The notes beneath the pieces are model-generated. The model did no database searches. It was not told the origin of the DNA and saw only the letters and a program-made list of their open reading frames with translations. DNA of 64,000 bases from Alloascoidea hylecoeti (lineage: Eukaryota): contig BCKZ01000006.1 in NCBI GenBank assembly GCA_001600815.1, forward strand, positions 1,088,137-1,152,136, in the 5' to 3' direction. Both the position numbers and the translations under genes were made by a program. Of this stretch, positions 12,243 to 22,814 are shown in pieces (position 1 is the first letter of the stretch; every line of letters begins with the position of its first letter).

Positions 12243-12677
12243 TTGCGTGTGTATAATATGGAGGAGAAGAGACAGCCAGCAACAGATCTAGAGATGGGCG
12301 ATGGCTGAGATGTCTATTAATATGTCGCACGTGCGCGTCCGGTTACCCGACCCTCGAGAATCACGGTCTGCGTATAAAAATAGCCTTCGCACATGATGAG
12401 GTTACCCGGCCGGCCGTGCTGGTGTGTGATACAATATACGCCTGTTCTCAGCTATTTAGTCTACCAGATGGCCGAAATTAAATTTAATGGTCCTTGTTTA
12501 CAATCAAGTTTACACTTAATTATCAATGAATTAAAATCCTATTTACTTACTTACAATATTCTTCTTTTAATTCTCTTCCCAAAAATATAAATCAAAAAAA
12601 TAGGGGAAATTTAAATACAAAACTTATAGACTTAAAAAATAGTAAAATATAATAAAGGTTCATATAATATCTTAAAT

Positions 12678-15600
12678 TTAAACTGGTTTACCACCAATCC
12701 ATTCACTCCATCTTTTAACTTCCTTTGGTACTTCTTTACCAATATTAATTTTTTCATTTTTTTCATCGCGTTCAATTTTTTCGTTTAATTTTTGTTTTAA
12801 AGTTTCTGCAAATAATCTAGCAGTATTTGACTCATTAAATAAAGGAATTGCAAAATCAATTGCATTTCTTCTCATTATATAATCAGGATTATTTAAATTT
12901 TCAGCTCTTGATTTAGCTAAATTAAAAACACAAGAAACATCATGTTTTTGAAATAATTCTCTTAATTCTCTTTTATCTTTTGGAAATTCTAATACCAAAA
13001 TTTCAGAAGAATTTGAAATATAATTTGTTAAATAATCTTTAACTTCTTGTGTTGCAACTAAAGTTTTAAAACCTAAATTATCAGAGATTTGAGCAATTTC
13101 ACCAAGGATTGGATTTGTAACATCACCACCATATAAAATTGAACTTGGAGGTAATGGCATATGAAAATTCATTGTTGATTGAATACCAAGCCAATAAGCT
13201 TCAATTAAATCTTTACCAAAACATGCAATTTCACCAGTTGATGCCATTTCAACACCTAAAAATGGATCAGCACCTGCTAATCTTGTAAAAGAAAATTGTG
13301 GTAATTTTGTAGCAACATAATTAAATTTTTTATCCATTGGATTAACAGCAACAGGTGGTTGATTTAATAAAGCTTTTGCAGCAACATCAATAAAATTAAT
13401 ACCTAAAACTTTTGAAACAAAAGGGAAAGATCTTGAAGCACGAATATTACATTCAATTACTTTTAAATCAGCAAAATCAGGATTTCCATTAACATCATTA
13501 TGAATAATTTGCATATTAAAAGGACCTGTAATATTCCAAGCTTTTGCAACTTTATCAGTAATTTCTTTTAATCTATTCATTATAATTGGAGATAAATTTT
13601 GTGGAGGTAAAACTAAAGTTGCATCACCAGAATGAATACCAGCATTTTCAACATGTTCAGATACAGCATGAACTAAAACATTACCATCATGAGCAACAGC
13701 ATCAATATCAATTTCTTGAGCACCTTGTATAAATTTTGAAATAACAACTGGATGATCAGCAGAAACTTTTGAAGCATTATTTAATTTTAATTCTAATTCA
13801 GATTCATCATTAATAACAGACATTGCAGCACCAGATAAAACATAAGAAGGTCTAACTAATACAGGGAAACCAACTTGATTTGCAAAATTTCTTGCATCAT
13901 TAACAGAAGTTAATTCTTTCCAAGCAGGTTGATCAATACCAATTGAATCTAAAATTGAAGAAAATTTATGACGATCTTCAGCTTTATCAATATCTCTTGG
14001 ATCAGTACCTAAAACTTTAGCACCAGAATCTTGTAATTTTAAAGCAATATTTTGAGGTAATTGACCACCAACAGAAACAACAACACCTTGAGAATTTTCT
14101 AATTCATAAATATCTAAAACTCTTTCAAAACTTAATTCTTCAAAATATAATCTATCAACTTCATCAAAATCAGTTGAAACAGTTTCTGGATTATAATTAA
14201 TCATAATAGTTTTTTTACCATTTTCACGTAAAGATCTTGCAGTTGAAACAGCACACCAATCAAATTCAACACTTGAACCAATTCTATAAACACCTGAACC
14301 TAAAACCATTGTACCATTTTCATTAAATATAACATCATTTTCAGTTGCATTATAAGTTGTATATAAATAATTTGTATCAGCAGGAAATTCAGCAGCTAAA
14401 GTATCAATTTTTTTAACAAATGGTATAATACCAAAAGATTTCCTACGTGATCTAACTTCTAATTCAGTTGATCCAACTAATTTTGAAATTTGTAAATCTG
14501 AGAATCCTAATTTTTTTGATCTTAATAAAACATCATTATTTAATGCATATAAAGAACCTAATTTTTCTAATTCTCTTTGCATATTAACAATATTTTCTAA
14601 TTTATATAAAAACCATTTATCAATTTTTGATAAATTATGAATTTTATCAACTGAATAATTTTCAAATAATAATGCTTGACCAACTGCTAACCATCTTCTA
14701 TCTGTTGGATTTGATAATTCATAATCTAAATCTTTAAAATAATCACCTTGAAAACCAATAAATGATGGATCAACTTGTCTAATTGCTTTTTGAAAAGATT
14801 CTTCAAATGTACGACCAATTGCCATTACTTCACCTACAGATTTCATTGATGAACCAATATCTCTATTAACATGTTGAAATTTAGATAAATCCCATCTTGG
14901 TATTTTTGTAACGATATAATCTAAACTTGGTTCAAAATTTGCAGAAGTAGTTTTTGTAACAGGATTTGGTAATTCAGGTAATGTATGGCCTAAAGCAATT
15001 TTAGCAGCAGTATAAGCTAAAGGATAACCAGTTGCTTTTGAAGCTAAAGCAGAAGATCTTGATAATCTTGCATTTACTTCAATAACTCTATAATCTAAAC
15101 CATCAGGTTGTAAAGCATATTGAACATTACATTCACCAACAACTCCTAAATGACGAATAATTTTAATAGCAGCAGATCTTAACATATGATATTCATCATC
15201 AGATAAAGTTTGAGAAGGAGCAACAACAATTGAATCACCAGTATGAATACCTAAAGGATCAAAATTTTCCATATTACAAACAGTAATACAATTATTTAAA
15301 CGATCACGAACAACTTCATATTCAACTTCTTTCCAACCTTTTAAAGATTTTTCAACTAAAATTTGTGGAGCTAATGATAAAGATTGTGAAGCTAATTGTT
15401 TTAATTCATCAGGATTTGAAGCAAAACCAGAACCTAAACCACCAAGCGCATAAGCAGATCTAACAATAATTGGATAACCAACTTTTTCAGCAGCATTTAA
15501 AGCATCATCTAAATTATCAACAGCAATTGATTCAGCAATTGGAATATTAATTTCTTTTAAAGCATTAGAAAATAAATCACGATCTTCAGAAGTTTCTAAA

Positions 15601-16211
15601 GTTTTTATAGGAGTACCTAAAACTTTAATACCATATCTTTCAAATATACCCATTTTATCTAATTGAACACCAACATTTAAACCAGTTTGTCCACCAAAAG
15701 TTAATAATATACCATCAGGTTTTTCACGTTCAATAATATAAATTAAATATTCAGGAGTAACAGGTAAATAATAAACTTCATCAGCTAAAGAATGAGAAGT
15801 TTGATTTGTTGCAATATTTGGATTAACTAAAATTGCAATTTTATTTGCTTCTTTTAATGCTTTAATTGCTTGAGAACCAGAATAATCAAATTCACCTGCT
15901 TGACCTATAGATAAACCACCAGAACCAATAACTAAGACTTTTGAAACATCAACTAATTCAGGTTTATTTGATAATATACCTGCACCAGCATATTTTGAAG
16001 CTTCTGAAATTGTTGAATTATAACGATTAAATAAATTTTTTAAACCAATTGAATTTAAACCAATTTTATTTTGAAATTTAAATGAAGAATTAATTATACT
16101 TTTTGAACAATTAAAATTAAAACTTCCAATAATAGATTTCGTAGTATTACTAAATTGCCTTTTAATAAGATGACTACCCACCAGATTGGAAAAGCCAATG
16201 GGAGGTCTCAT
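12678..16211 (-). CDS. CPA2: Arginine-specific carbamoyl-phosphate synthetase large subunit with a probable mitochondrial presequence
   Basis: VLVIGSGGLSIGQAGEFDYSGSQA, EVNARLSRSSALASKATGYPLAY and IECNIRASRSFPF; no GATase, DHO or ATCase domains. Likely start is MRPPIGF at 16211; the ORF-track start at 16370 runs through promoter sequence. Confidence 0.95.
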   Translation of the reverse strand: MRPPIGFSNLVGSHLIKRQFSNTTKSIIGSFNFNCSKSIINSSFKFQNKIGLNSIGLKNLFNRYNSTISEASKYAGAGILSNKPELVDVSKVLVIGSGGLSIGQAGEFDYSGSQAIKALKEANKIAILVNPNIATNQTSHSLADEVYYLPVTPEYLIYIIEREKPDGILLTFGGQTGLNVGVQLDKMGIFERYGIKVLGTPIKTLETSEDRDLFSNALKEINIPIAESIAVDNLDDALNAAEKVGYPIIVRSAYALGGLGSGFASNPDELKQLASQSLSLAPQILVEKSLKGWKEVEYEVVRDRLNNCITVCNMENFDPLGIHTGDSIVVAPSQTLSDDEYHMLRSAAIKIIRHLGVVGECNVQYALQPDGLDYRVIEVNARLSRSSALASKATGYPLAYTAAKIALGHTLPELPNPVTKTTSANFEPSLDYIVTKIPRWDLSKFQHVNRDIGSSMKSVGEVMAIGRTFEESFQKAIRQVDPSFIGFQGDYFKDLDYELSNPTDRRWLAVGQALLFENYSVDKIHNLSKIDKWFLYKLENIVNMQRELEKLGSLYALNNDVLLRSKKLGFSDLQISKLVGSTELEVRSRRKSFGIIPFVKKIDTLAAEFPADTNYLYTTYNATENDVIFNENGTMVLGSGVYRIGSSVEFDWCAVSTARSLRENGKKTIMINYNPETVSTDFDEVDRLYFEELSFERVLDIYELENSQGVVVSVGGQLPQNIALKLQDSGAKVLGTDPRDIDKAEDRHKFSSILDSIGIDQPAWKELTSVNDARNFANQVGFPVLVRPSYVLSGAAMSVINDESELELKLNNASKVSADHPVVISKFIQGAQEIDIDAVAHDGNVLVHAVSEHVENAGIHSGDATLVLPPQNLSPIIMNRLKEITDKVAKAWNITGPFNMQIIHNDVNGNPDFADLKVIECNIRASRSFPFVSKVLGINFIDVAAKALLNQPPVAVNPMDKKFNYVATKLPQFSFTRLAGADPFLGVEMASTGEIACFGKDLIEAYWLGIQSTMNFHMPLPPSSILYGGDVTNPILGEIAQISDNLGFKTLVATQEVKDYLTNYISNSSEILVLEFPKDKRELRELFQKHDVSCVFNLAKSRAENLNNPDYIMRRNAIDFAIPLFNESNTARLFAETLKQKLNEKIERDEKNEKINIGKEVPKEVKRWSEWIGGKPV

Positions 16212-16305
16212 TTTTTCAAAACTTTGATAATTTCTGGACGTTGAAGAAAGAAGGAAAAAAAAAAAGTGAAATTTACAATTGTGGAATTTATATGTCAGAT
16301 GCAGG

Positions 16306-16337
16306 TGAGTCACTGATTTTAATTTATGAGTCACGTG
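16306..16337. promoter_or_regulatory. Two Gcn4/CPC-1 sites (TGAGTCA) plus an overlapping CACGTG E-box upstream of CPA2
   Basis: TGAGTCA at 16306-16312 and 16327-16333, CACGTG at 16332-16337, all 95-125 bp upstream of the ATG. Confidence 0.75.
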
Positions 16338-16732
16338 GAGATGAGTTCCATTTTTCATCCACAAATCCAAAACTTAAAAATCTTTTTTTTTAATCTAATA
16401 ATATGTATGAACATTATTAATATTGATGATTGATTGATTTGATTGATTGCTATTTAATGAAAAAAAGTCTTTAATTAAAATGTTTAACAAGTTTGCTGAA
16501 TTGCTTTGAAAACAATAATAGTGAGCCAATATTATTCAATTTTAATATTAATATAAATAATTATATAAATAATTAATATTCTATTTAATTTTGGCATTAT
16601 CATGTGCCATATATTCCATTAAATGAACTTATTTAGAATTTACTGTAATTAATGTATGTAAAAAGTAATATATTATAAATGTAATGGAAAAAAAAAAAAA
16701 AAAGGCATATTCTAAATTTTATAAATTATTGT

Positions 16733-17980
16733 TCATTCATTTTTTTTATCTAGATCATTATTTTCTAAAATTGGTAAATTAACCCATGGTAAACTATTTG
16801 GTAATTTTTTAATTATTGATTTTCTTTCTTTATCATTAATATTACAAATTGTTAAAATATCAAACAATTCTTTTGATGATAATATATAACTTGGTGATCT
16901 TCTAAAAGGATTTCTTTTTAATTTTTTTTTAATCAAATTTGGATTTGTACAACCATAAGGATCTTTTGAAAATGGAATTATTGCATTTTTATTTTCTTGA
17001 TTATTTAAATGTTTAATATAATCAGATTCTTTTATTGTTGAAGATGAAGATGAAGATGAAGATGATATTGATGGATCAATTCCAATATAATTAAACCTTG
17101 TTTCTGGATAATGAATTGCTAATCTATGTAAATTAATAAATCTTTTTGATTTAAATTTATAACTTATAATTGTTATTTTTAATGGATATGTATGAGTTAT
17201 TTCATAAAATCTTGCAATTGAAAATAATAAATTTTCATATGAATCTCTTGCAAATTCTTCAGTGAAAGTTCTTGATTCAATTTGTGTTAATAAGTTTCTT
17301 TGTTTTGCAAGTTCCTAAATTTTTTTAAAATTTTATTTTTATATATATGTTAGTGGTCAAAGTGAAAGTTGTAATTCTAATAATAGAATAAAAATTGAAT
17401 TGTTACTTACCCAATAACTTGAAGCTTCACTTATTGGACCAGCATCTTTTTTCGTTTCACCACTAATAATGAAGGTATTAGTAATGATAATGTTAAGATA
17501 ATGGCAAGATAATGAAAGGACATACCCAGAAAAAAGCAGCAAAGCATTTGGATCTTCAGTGACCACCTCAACGCCTTTCTCTATATGTTTAATCATGGTC
17601 AAATGGTCATGGGCTATTTTTTGAAAAGATTGTAGATACCAATCAGAAGAGTTCAAGCCGATGAATTTATTAGTATGTTGGGCAGGATCGTGATTATCTG
17701 AGGAAGCAAAAGGTTTAAAAATAGCATGGCATGGAACGATCACTAGATGTATGAAGTTGGAGAACTCTGAGTTAGTCGAGGCCACGGCGCTGTCGTGTAA
17801 TTGATCCATCAGATGGTCCTCGGGGGTGAGTGTGGGGGAGGGGGCGGATGGAGGAGGGGCGTTGACGGCGTCGCCGGGGTTGATGGAGGCGAGGGAGGAC
17901 AGCTGGAGGTTGAAGAGGAGGACTATGAGCAGGGCCAGGACGGTCAGGAGGGCCGCGATGTGTTTTCTTCGGGCCAGCAT
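16733..17980 (-). CDS. YOR238W-like (DUF218-type) protein with N-terminal signal anchor; exons 17980-17526, 17462-17411, 17314-16733
   Basis: Two GT..AG introns keep the frame. Motifs HLVIVPCHAI, LLFSGGETK..AGPISEASSY, EEFARDSYENLLFSIARF, FKSKRF..LH, DPYG and RNPF. Confidence 0.8.
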
Positions 17981-18022
17981 ACGATTGAAGTAGAGAAAGA
18001 AAGTAAAATTAAACACAATAAA

Positions 18023-18403
18023 TTATTTATAAACATTTGCGTGTGCTTGGTTCGAGATGAAACGCACGACTAAATTCACTTCGTCCGCGGACGGTTGGTA
18101 CTGCGACCCCCCGCTCATGCCCACGTACACCGGACGCTGTTCTCTCCGTGCCACCAGCGTGGCGATCCGCACGCAGGTCTCGTCGAGCCCGTGCAGCCCG
18201 CTCGCCACCAGCGGCGTGGTGGCCGTCTCCTGGCGGTGTGTGTCGTGGATGCCGACCACGTACGCGTCCAGCCCGGCCGCCCGGCCCACCCGGTTGATGA
18301 AAACAGAAATTGGGGGCTTGCTGCTCCCCGTGTCTGGGAGGCTCAGGTCCACGGCCAGCTGCGTGCCATCCGGCAACGTCAAAACATCGCTCACGTTGCG
18401 CAT
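18023..18403 (-). CDS. Probable 20S proteasome assembly chaperone (POC4/PAC4-like), 126 aa
   Basis: TTPL...RIATLVARREQRPVYVGMS resembles the PAC4 signature TxL...RLAxxLARK..xPVYVS. Size fits. Confidence 0.6.
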   Translation of the reverse strand: MRNVSDVLTLPDGTQLAVDLSLPDTGSSKPPISVFINRVGRAAGLDAYVVGIHDTHRQETATTPLVASGLHGLDETCVRIATLVARREQRPVYVGMSGGSQYQPSADEVNLVVRFISNQAHANVYK

Positions 18404-18481
18404 CGTGGAGTGTTGGTGTGGTGGAGAGGTGTTCCGCCGCTGCCTTGTTTTGTTTTTCCCGAGCCAACCTCCAAATTCCAA

Positions 18482-19120
18482 ATGTCCGCGAAAACCCCCG
18501 TGGCCGTGATAGTGGCGGCCGCAGTCCCGTCCTTGGCAATCGGCAGGAACGGTGGCATGCCGTGGAGGCTCTCTAAAGAAATGAAGTATTTCAAACAGGT
18601 CACAGTCGGTAATGGCCATCTCAGAAATGCCGTCATAATGGGTAGAAAAACCTGGGACTCAATACCTGAAAAATTTAAACCTTTAAACGACAGAGTTAAC
18701 GTCATTATCACTTCTCATCAATGTGATCAAAATGACAACGTTTTATTTGAGAGCTCCCTGGATTCCGCTTTATCAAAACTAGATCAATTTGACTTGGATA
18801 GAATATTCATTATTGGTGGTGCTCAGATTTATAATTTATCCTTAAAACACCCAAGAACAAAATATGTCTTATTAACAGAAATCGAAATGGATGTTAATGA
18901 TGGAGATGCCTTTTTTGATTTTCCTTCATGGACATCTTCATCTCCATCTTCATCTCCACCATCGAATGAAACGAATATCAATTCAAACGGATGGCACCGA
19001 AAATCAATCGATCAACTACGCGATTTCATTGGAGACAACGTGGAATACGATGCAAAAGACATTGTCGAAAAAAACACCGTTTACCGCTTTACACTATGGG
19101 AAAAGAATAGTACTGTATAG
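18482..19120 (+). CDS. DFR1: Dihydrofolate reductase
   Basis: IVAA...IGRNGGMPWRLSKEMKYF, VIMGRKTWDSIP.KFKPL.DRVNVII and IFIIGGAQIY. True start is MSAKTP at 18482. Confidence 0.95.
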   Translation: MSAKTPVAVIVAAAVPSLAIGRNGGMPWRLSKEMKYFKQVTVGNGHLRNAVIMGRKTWDSIPEKFKPLNDRVNVIITSHQCDQNDNVLFESSLDSALSKLDQFDLDRIFIIGGAQIYNLSLKHPRTKYVLLTEIEMDVNDGDAFFDFPSWTSSSPSSSPPSNETNINSNGWHRKSIDQLRDFIGDNVEYDAKDIVEKNTVYRFTLWEKNSTV

Positions 19121-19275
19121 TATAGATAATACATATTGTATAAACCTCCATCCTCCTTCTCTTCCTCCTATCACTACTTTCCTTTTTCTTCTCCTCCTTC
19201 TCTTCTTCTCCATCCTTTTTCAAATCTAGTTATTCATTTTCATCTTTCTCATCCAATCCAAGTATCGATATCTCA

Positions 19276-21453
19276 ATGTCTTCTCTAACGCCCAACCCCA
19301 TCATCGCCCAGCCCCCATCACCCCACCTTCACCCCCATTCCCATAATCTTAATCTTAATGACCATCGGGATCTTCAATCAAAATCAACTAGAAGAACAAG
19401 TCTTAATAAAATCTCTTACAATACAAATATTTATGAAGCTCTTTTATCAACAAATCAATCATTCGATTCTGAAAAAATCATTTATTCTACAAAATTTCTT
19501 TTAAAATTAAAAAAATCTCCTTTACTTACACATCCAACAAATTTACCAAATAATGATTTTTGGCGCTTACAATTGTATGTCTTTTTTGGTTGTTTTTAAT
19601 TGATAATAGTTTATGTTATTGACTTACTTATTTCAATTTCTTATCTTATCTTATCTTATCATTATCTTATTGATATTCATTATTTAGAAATACAAAAAGT
19701 TCTTATTTTGAGTACGTTTTTAATTCTTCAGCGTTAATTTATATCATTTCAAATTACTAATAATTATATTCTTTTTAATATCATAGTCATTTTAACGATC
19801 GAAATCCAAAATGTATGTTTTTTAAACAATATTTGCAATTTGGTTAACGTTTTGATCAATGCTAATATGTTTTATATTTTAAAACAGTTGAAACAAATAA
19901 TAGACGAAGAAGACATAGTAATACTGGTCAATTTGGAAGATTTTCTTTTAGTTCAGTAAAACAGAGAGATTTAGATGAGTCACGTTTTAATGAAAATGTT
20001 AATGATAATAAGATCTCAATTGGTGGATTATCGAAATTTAATAATGATAATAAAAGTAAGAAGGGCGTCGCCTCTACAATATCTTCATCAATAACTTCAA
20101 AATCTTCAAAATTAAAATCTAATATTGATTCTAATATTGATTTTAATATTAATACCTCTACTAATTTTATAAATGATATAAATACTAATGATGATATTCC
20201 AGAATGGTATAATGATGAAATAACACCTGATAAACAACATTTAAATTTTGATAATTTTACAATTTATCGTGGTCATTCAGTTAAAGATTTAGAAGATTGG
20301 AAATTAAAAAAACGTCAAGAAGATGGTTGCTTAGATTCATTTCAAAATCGTAAAGTTTCTTCAATGTCAATTGAATCAAATGAATCAATAAATAGTAATA
20401 ATTCAAGTTATAATACTGCTATAACAACCCAAAGTTTAAATTCAAATATAAATTCAAATGATAATAATAATAATAATAATAATAATAATTTAAATTTAAA
20501 TGGTTTAAATGGTTTATGGTATGATAATTCTTCAGCTTCAAACTCTTTAACTACTATTTCAACTGATAGCCCACAATCTTCAAAATTTAAAACTTTATTT
20601 AGGATTGATGAAAACTCAACATTTGATGATAATACAATTAATCAATTTCAAGATACACAAAACATACATAATAAAATTATAAATTCTGATCCAACTTCTT
20701 ATGGTCAATTGAATAAATCTCAATCTAAACCTCAAATTTCAATAGATGATCATGATAATAATCAGTTTAATCATTCAACTCCTATACTTAATAATAGACC
20801 AATGTCATTTCCAATTACAAGTTATAATTTCAATAATGTACCACCACCACCTGAATATCAAATTGATTATATGAATATGATGCCTCCTCCTCCAATGTAT
20901 AATGATATTCCAAGAATTGGTTCTGAAATTCCAATTGAATTTTCAAATATTCAAAAGTTTAATGAATCTAATTCAAGATTACAATATCATGATCAATCTG
21001 ATTTAAAAGAACTACAACAACAATTCCCAATGAATAATAATATTAATATGAATATGAATATGGATCCTAATTTTATAAATATGATGCATGAACAACAAAG
21101 GTTTGAAATGCATCAAATGGAAGAACAAGGTATATTACCACCACCATTACCATTTTATCCACCACATCCACATCCACCTCCACATGATATGATGTTCCCT
21201 CCCCCATCTGGTTTTCATCCAAATTTTGATCCAAGAATAGATGGTCATATGTCTTTACCACCATTCCTTCCACCACCACCTCGTCCAGATATGCAATATG
21301 ATTCTCAAAATGATCAAAATAATTTCCAAAATATTCATCATCAATCTCGTCACTATTCAGTTGGAATGATACCACCTAATTTTGATTATGATCATAATAA
21401 TATGCAATCTATTAATTTCCCTACATTTTCAAATGGAATGAGAATTAATAATC

Positions 21454-21486
<33 letters not shown>

Positions 21487-21536
21487 CAAGATTTCAACAA
21501 TCTTATAATGATTATGATTATTATAATAGAAATTGA
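19276..21536 (+). CDS. Eap1-like eIF4E-binding protein; exons 19276-19574, 19688-19711, 19787-19812, 19888-21536
   Basis: YSTKFLL fits the YxxxxLphi 4E-binding motif, followed by LP..DFWRL, IPEW and GHSVKDLEDWK, then a Pro/Asn/Gln-rich tail. Three introns (GTATGT, GTACGT, GTATGT) join into one open frame. Confidence 0.65.
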
Positions 21537-22231
21537 ATTACTGATATCCATTTTAAATAATGAGTTTCAGCTTTACATTTTTAAAAATTATGTGCTACAT
21601 TACATTGTTTTATTCTATGAATAGATGTTATAACATGCATGAGCTATACCAATAAAATTCTAAAATGTTTAATCAAACATGTTAGTTTTACAAATTTACA
21701 ATATTGTTATTATAAATATAAATATAAATATAAATATGAATATTGTTTTGAATTATAAATTTTTAAAATTATTACTAATATTTTTTTTTTTTTTTTTCTT
21801 TTTTGAGTTTTATGACATCTAAATATTTAATATACCCTTTATAGCTAGTCTTATGAAATACTATATAACTTTACAATCAGGAAAATTCAAAAGTTGATAT
21901 GACATCTCATAGAAAATTAATATCTAGAATTTCCTTAAGTGAGATTTTACGTAATTTCTAATTCTAAGAATTCAAATTTGGAATATAGTGAAAATGGCTT
22001 CTCAATTGTATATAAGCAGAAGGCTTAAGCTTAATATTGCAATTTTTTTTTTTTTCAGTCAATAGAACTTATTGAAAGGGGAATAATCCAAATTCCGTGT
22101 ATTATGAATATGAAATATTTTCAACTTGTAAATCGTATTATCTGAATGAGAAGAACCCCATGAATAGAATTAATTGTGTTGTTTAAAAATAGATTGAAGT
22201 CATCTCATTGTATTTTTTTTTAATTCACTGT

Positions 22232-22255
22232 ATAGAGTGATTGGGGACCCTAATA
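22232..22255. repeat. Dispersed motif ATAGAGTGATTGGGGAYCCTAATA (candidate transposon terminus)
   Basis: 23/24 identical to 44262-44285. A reverse-orientation relative lies at ~56867-56888. Confidence 0.6.
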
Positions 22256-22814
22256 GCAAAATAAAGGAGGTCATCGTACGTTCCTACACAGAACTTCTAT
22301 CCGGTAAACTAAAAATCATGGTGAATTAAATTTGTGGAAAGGATATGAGGCTTTTTGAACAGATCTGAACCCAATGTAGCACATGTGTAATCCCTATAAT
22401 TCATCAGATTTCAAGAATTACATGTATAATTATGAGACTTCAATATTTTTTTGAAGGTGAAGCATTACCTACCGTAATGCTAAAATACTGGTATCTCATA
22501 GATCAAAGTATCCATTTTTCGTAGGGTGGCAGCCGTCTCTGGGGTTAAGGGGGTCAACAGGAACCATTAAACTTATAATTTCAATTTATATATAAATTAT
22601 ATAATCTCTAGAATTTAAGGAACATCATGTACTATAAGAAGTGTTTATGGTCTTGTAGAGTATTCAATAGGTAGGTTATTAAATACGATTTATTTTTCTG
22701 TAGGGTCTTCAACTTTTGAATTATCTTAATTGTACATTATTTAAAAGCAAAACAAAAAGATTGTTTACAAGTAATAAAGAATAAAGATTAAAGGAGTATA
22801 TTTTATAATTTATA

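Noticed and set aside
16212..16370. 53-aa N-terminal extension of CPA2 in the ORF track
   Set aside because: It runs through Gcn4-type sites and a poly(T) tract. The ATG at 16211 has an A-rich context and begins a presequence-like peptide.
17801..18711. Many overlapping ORFs (18027-18539, 18057-18509, 18310-18576, 18391-18711, 17801-18073) and the 129-aa N-terminal extension of DHFR
   Set aside because: By-products of the GC island, where stop codons are scarce. Only the POC4-like and DFR1 frames have protein-family features.
20455..21485. (AAT)n and (CAA)n microsatellites
   Set aside because: They encode poly-Asn and poly-Gln within the Eap1-like CDS; ordinary.
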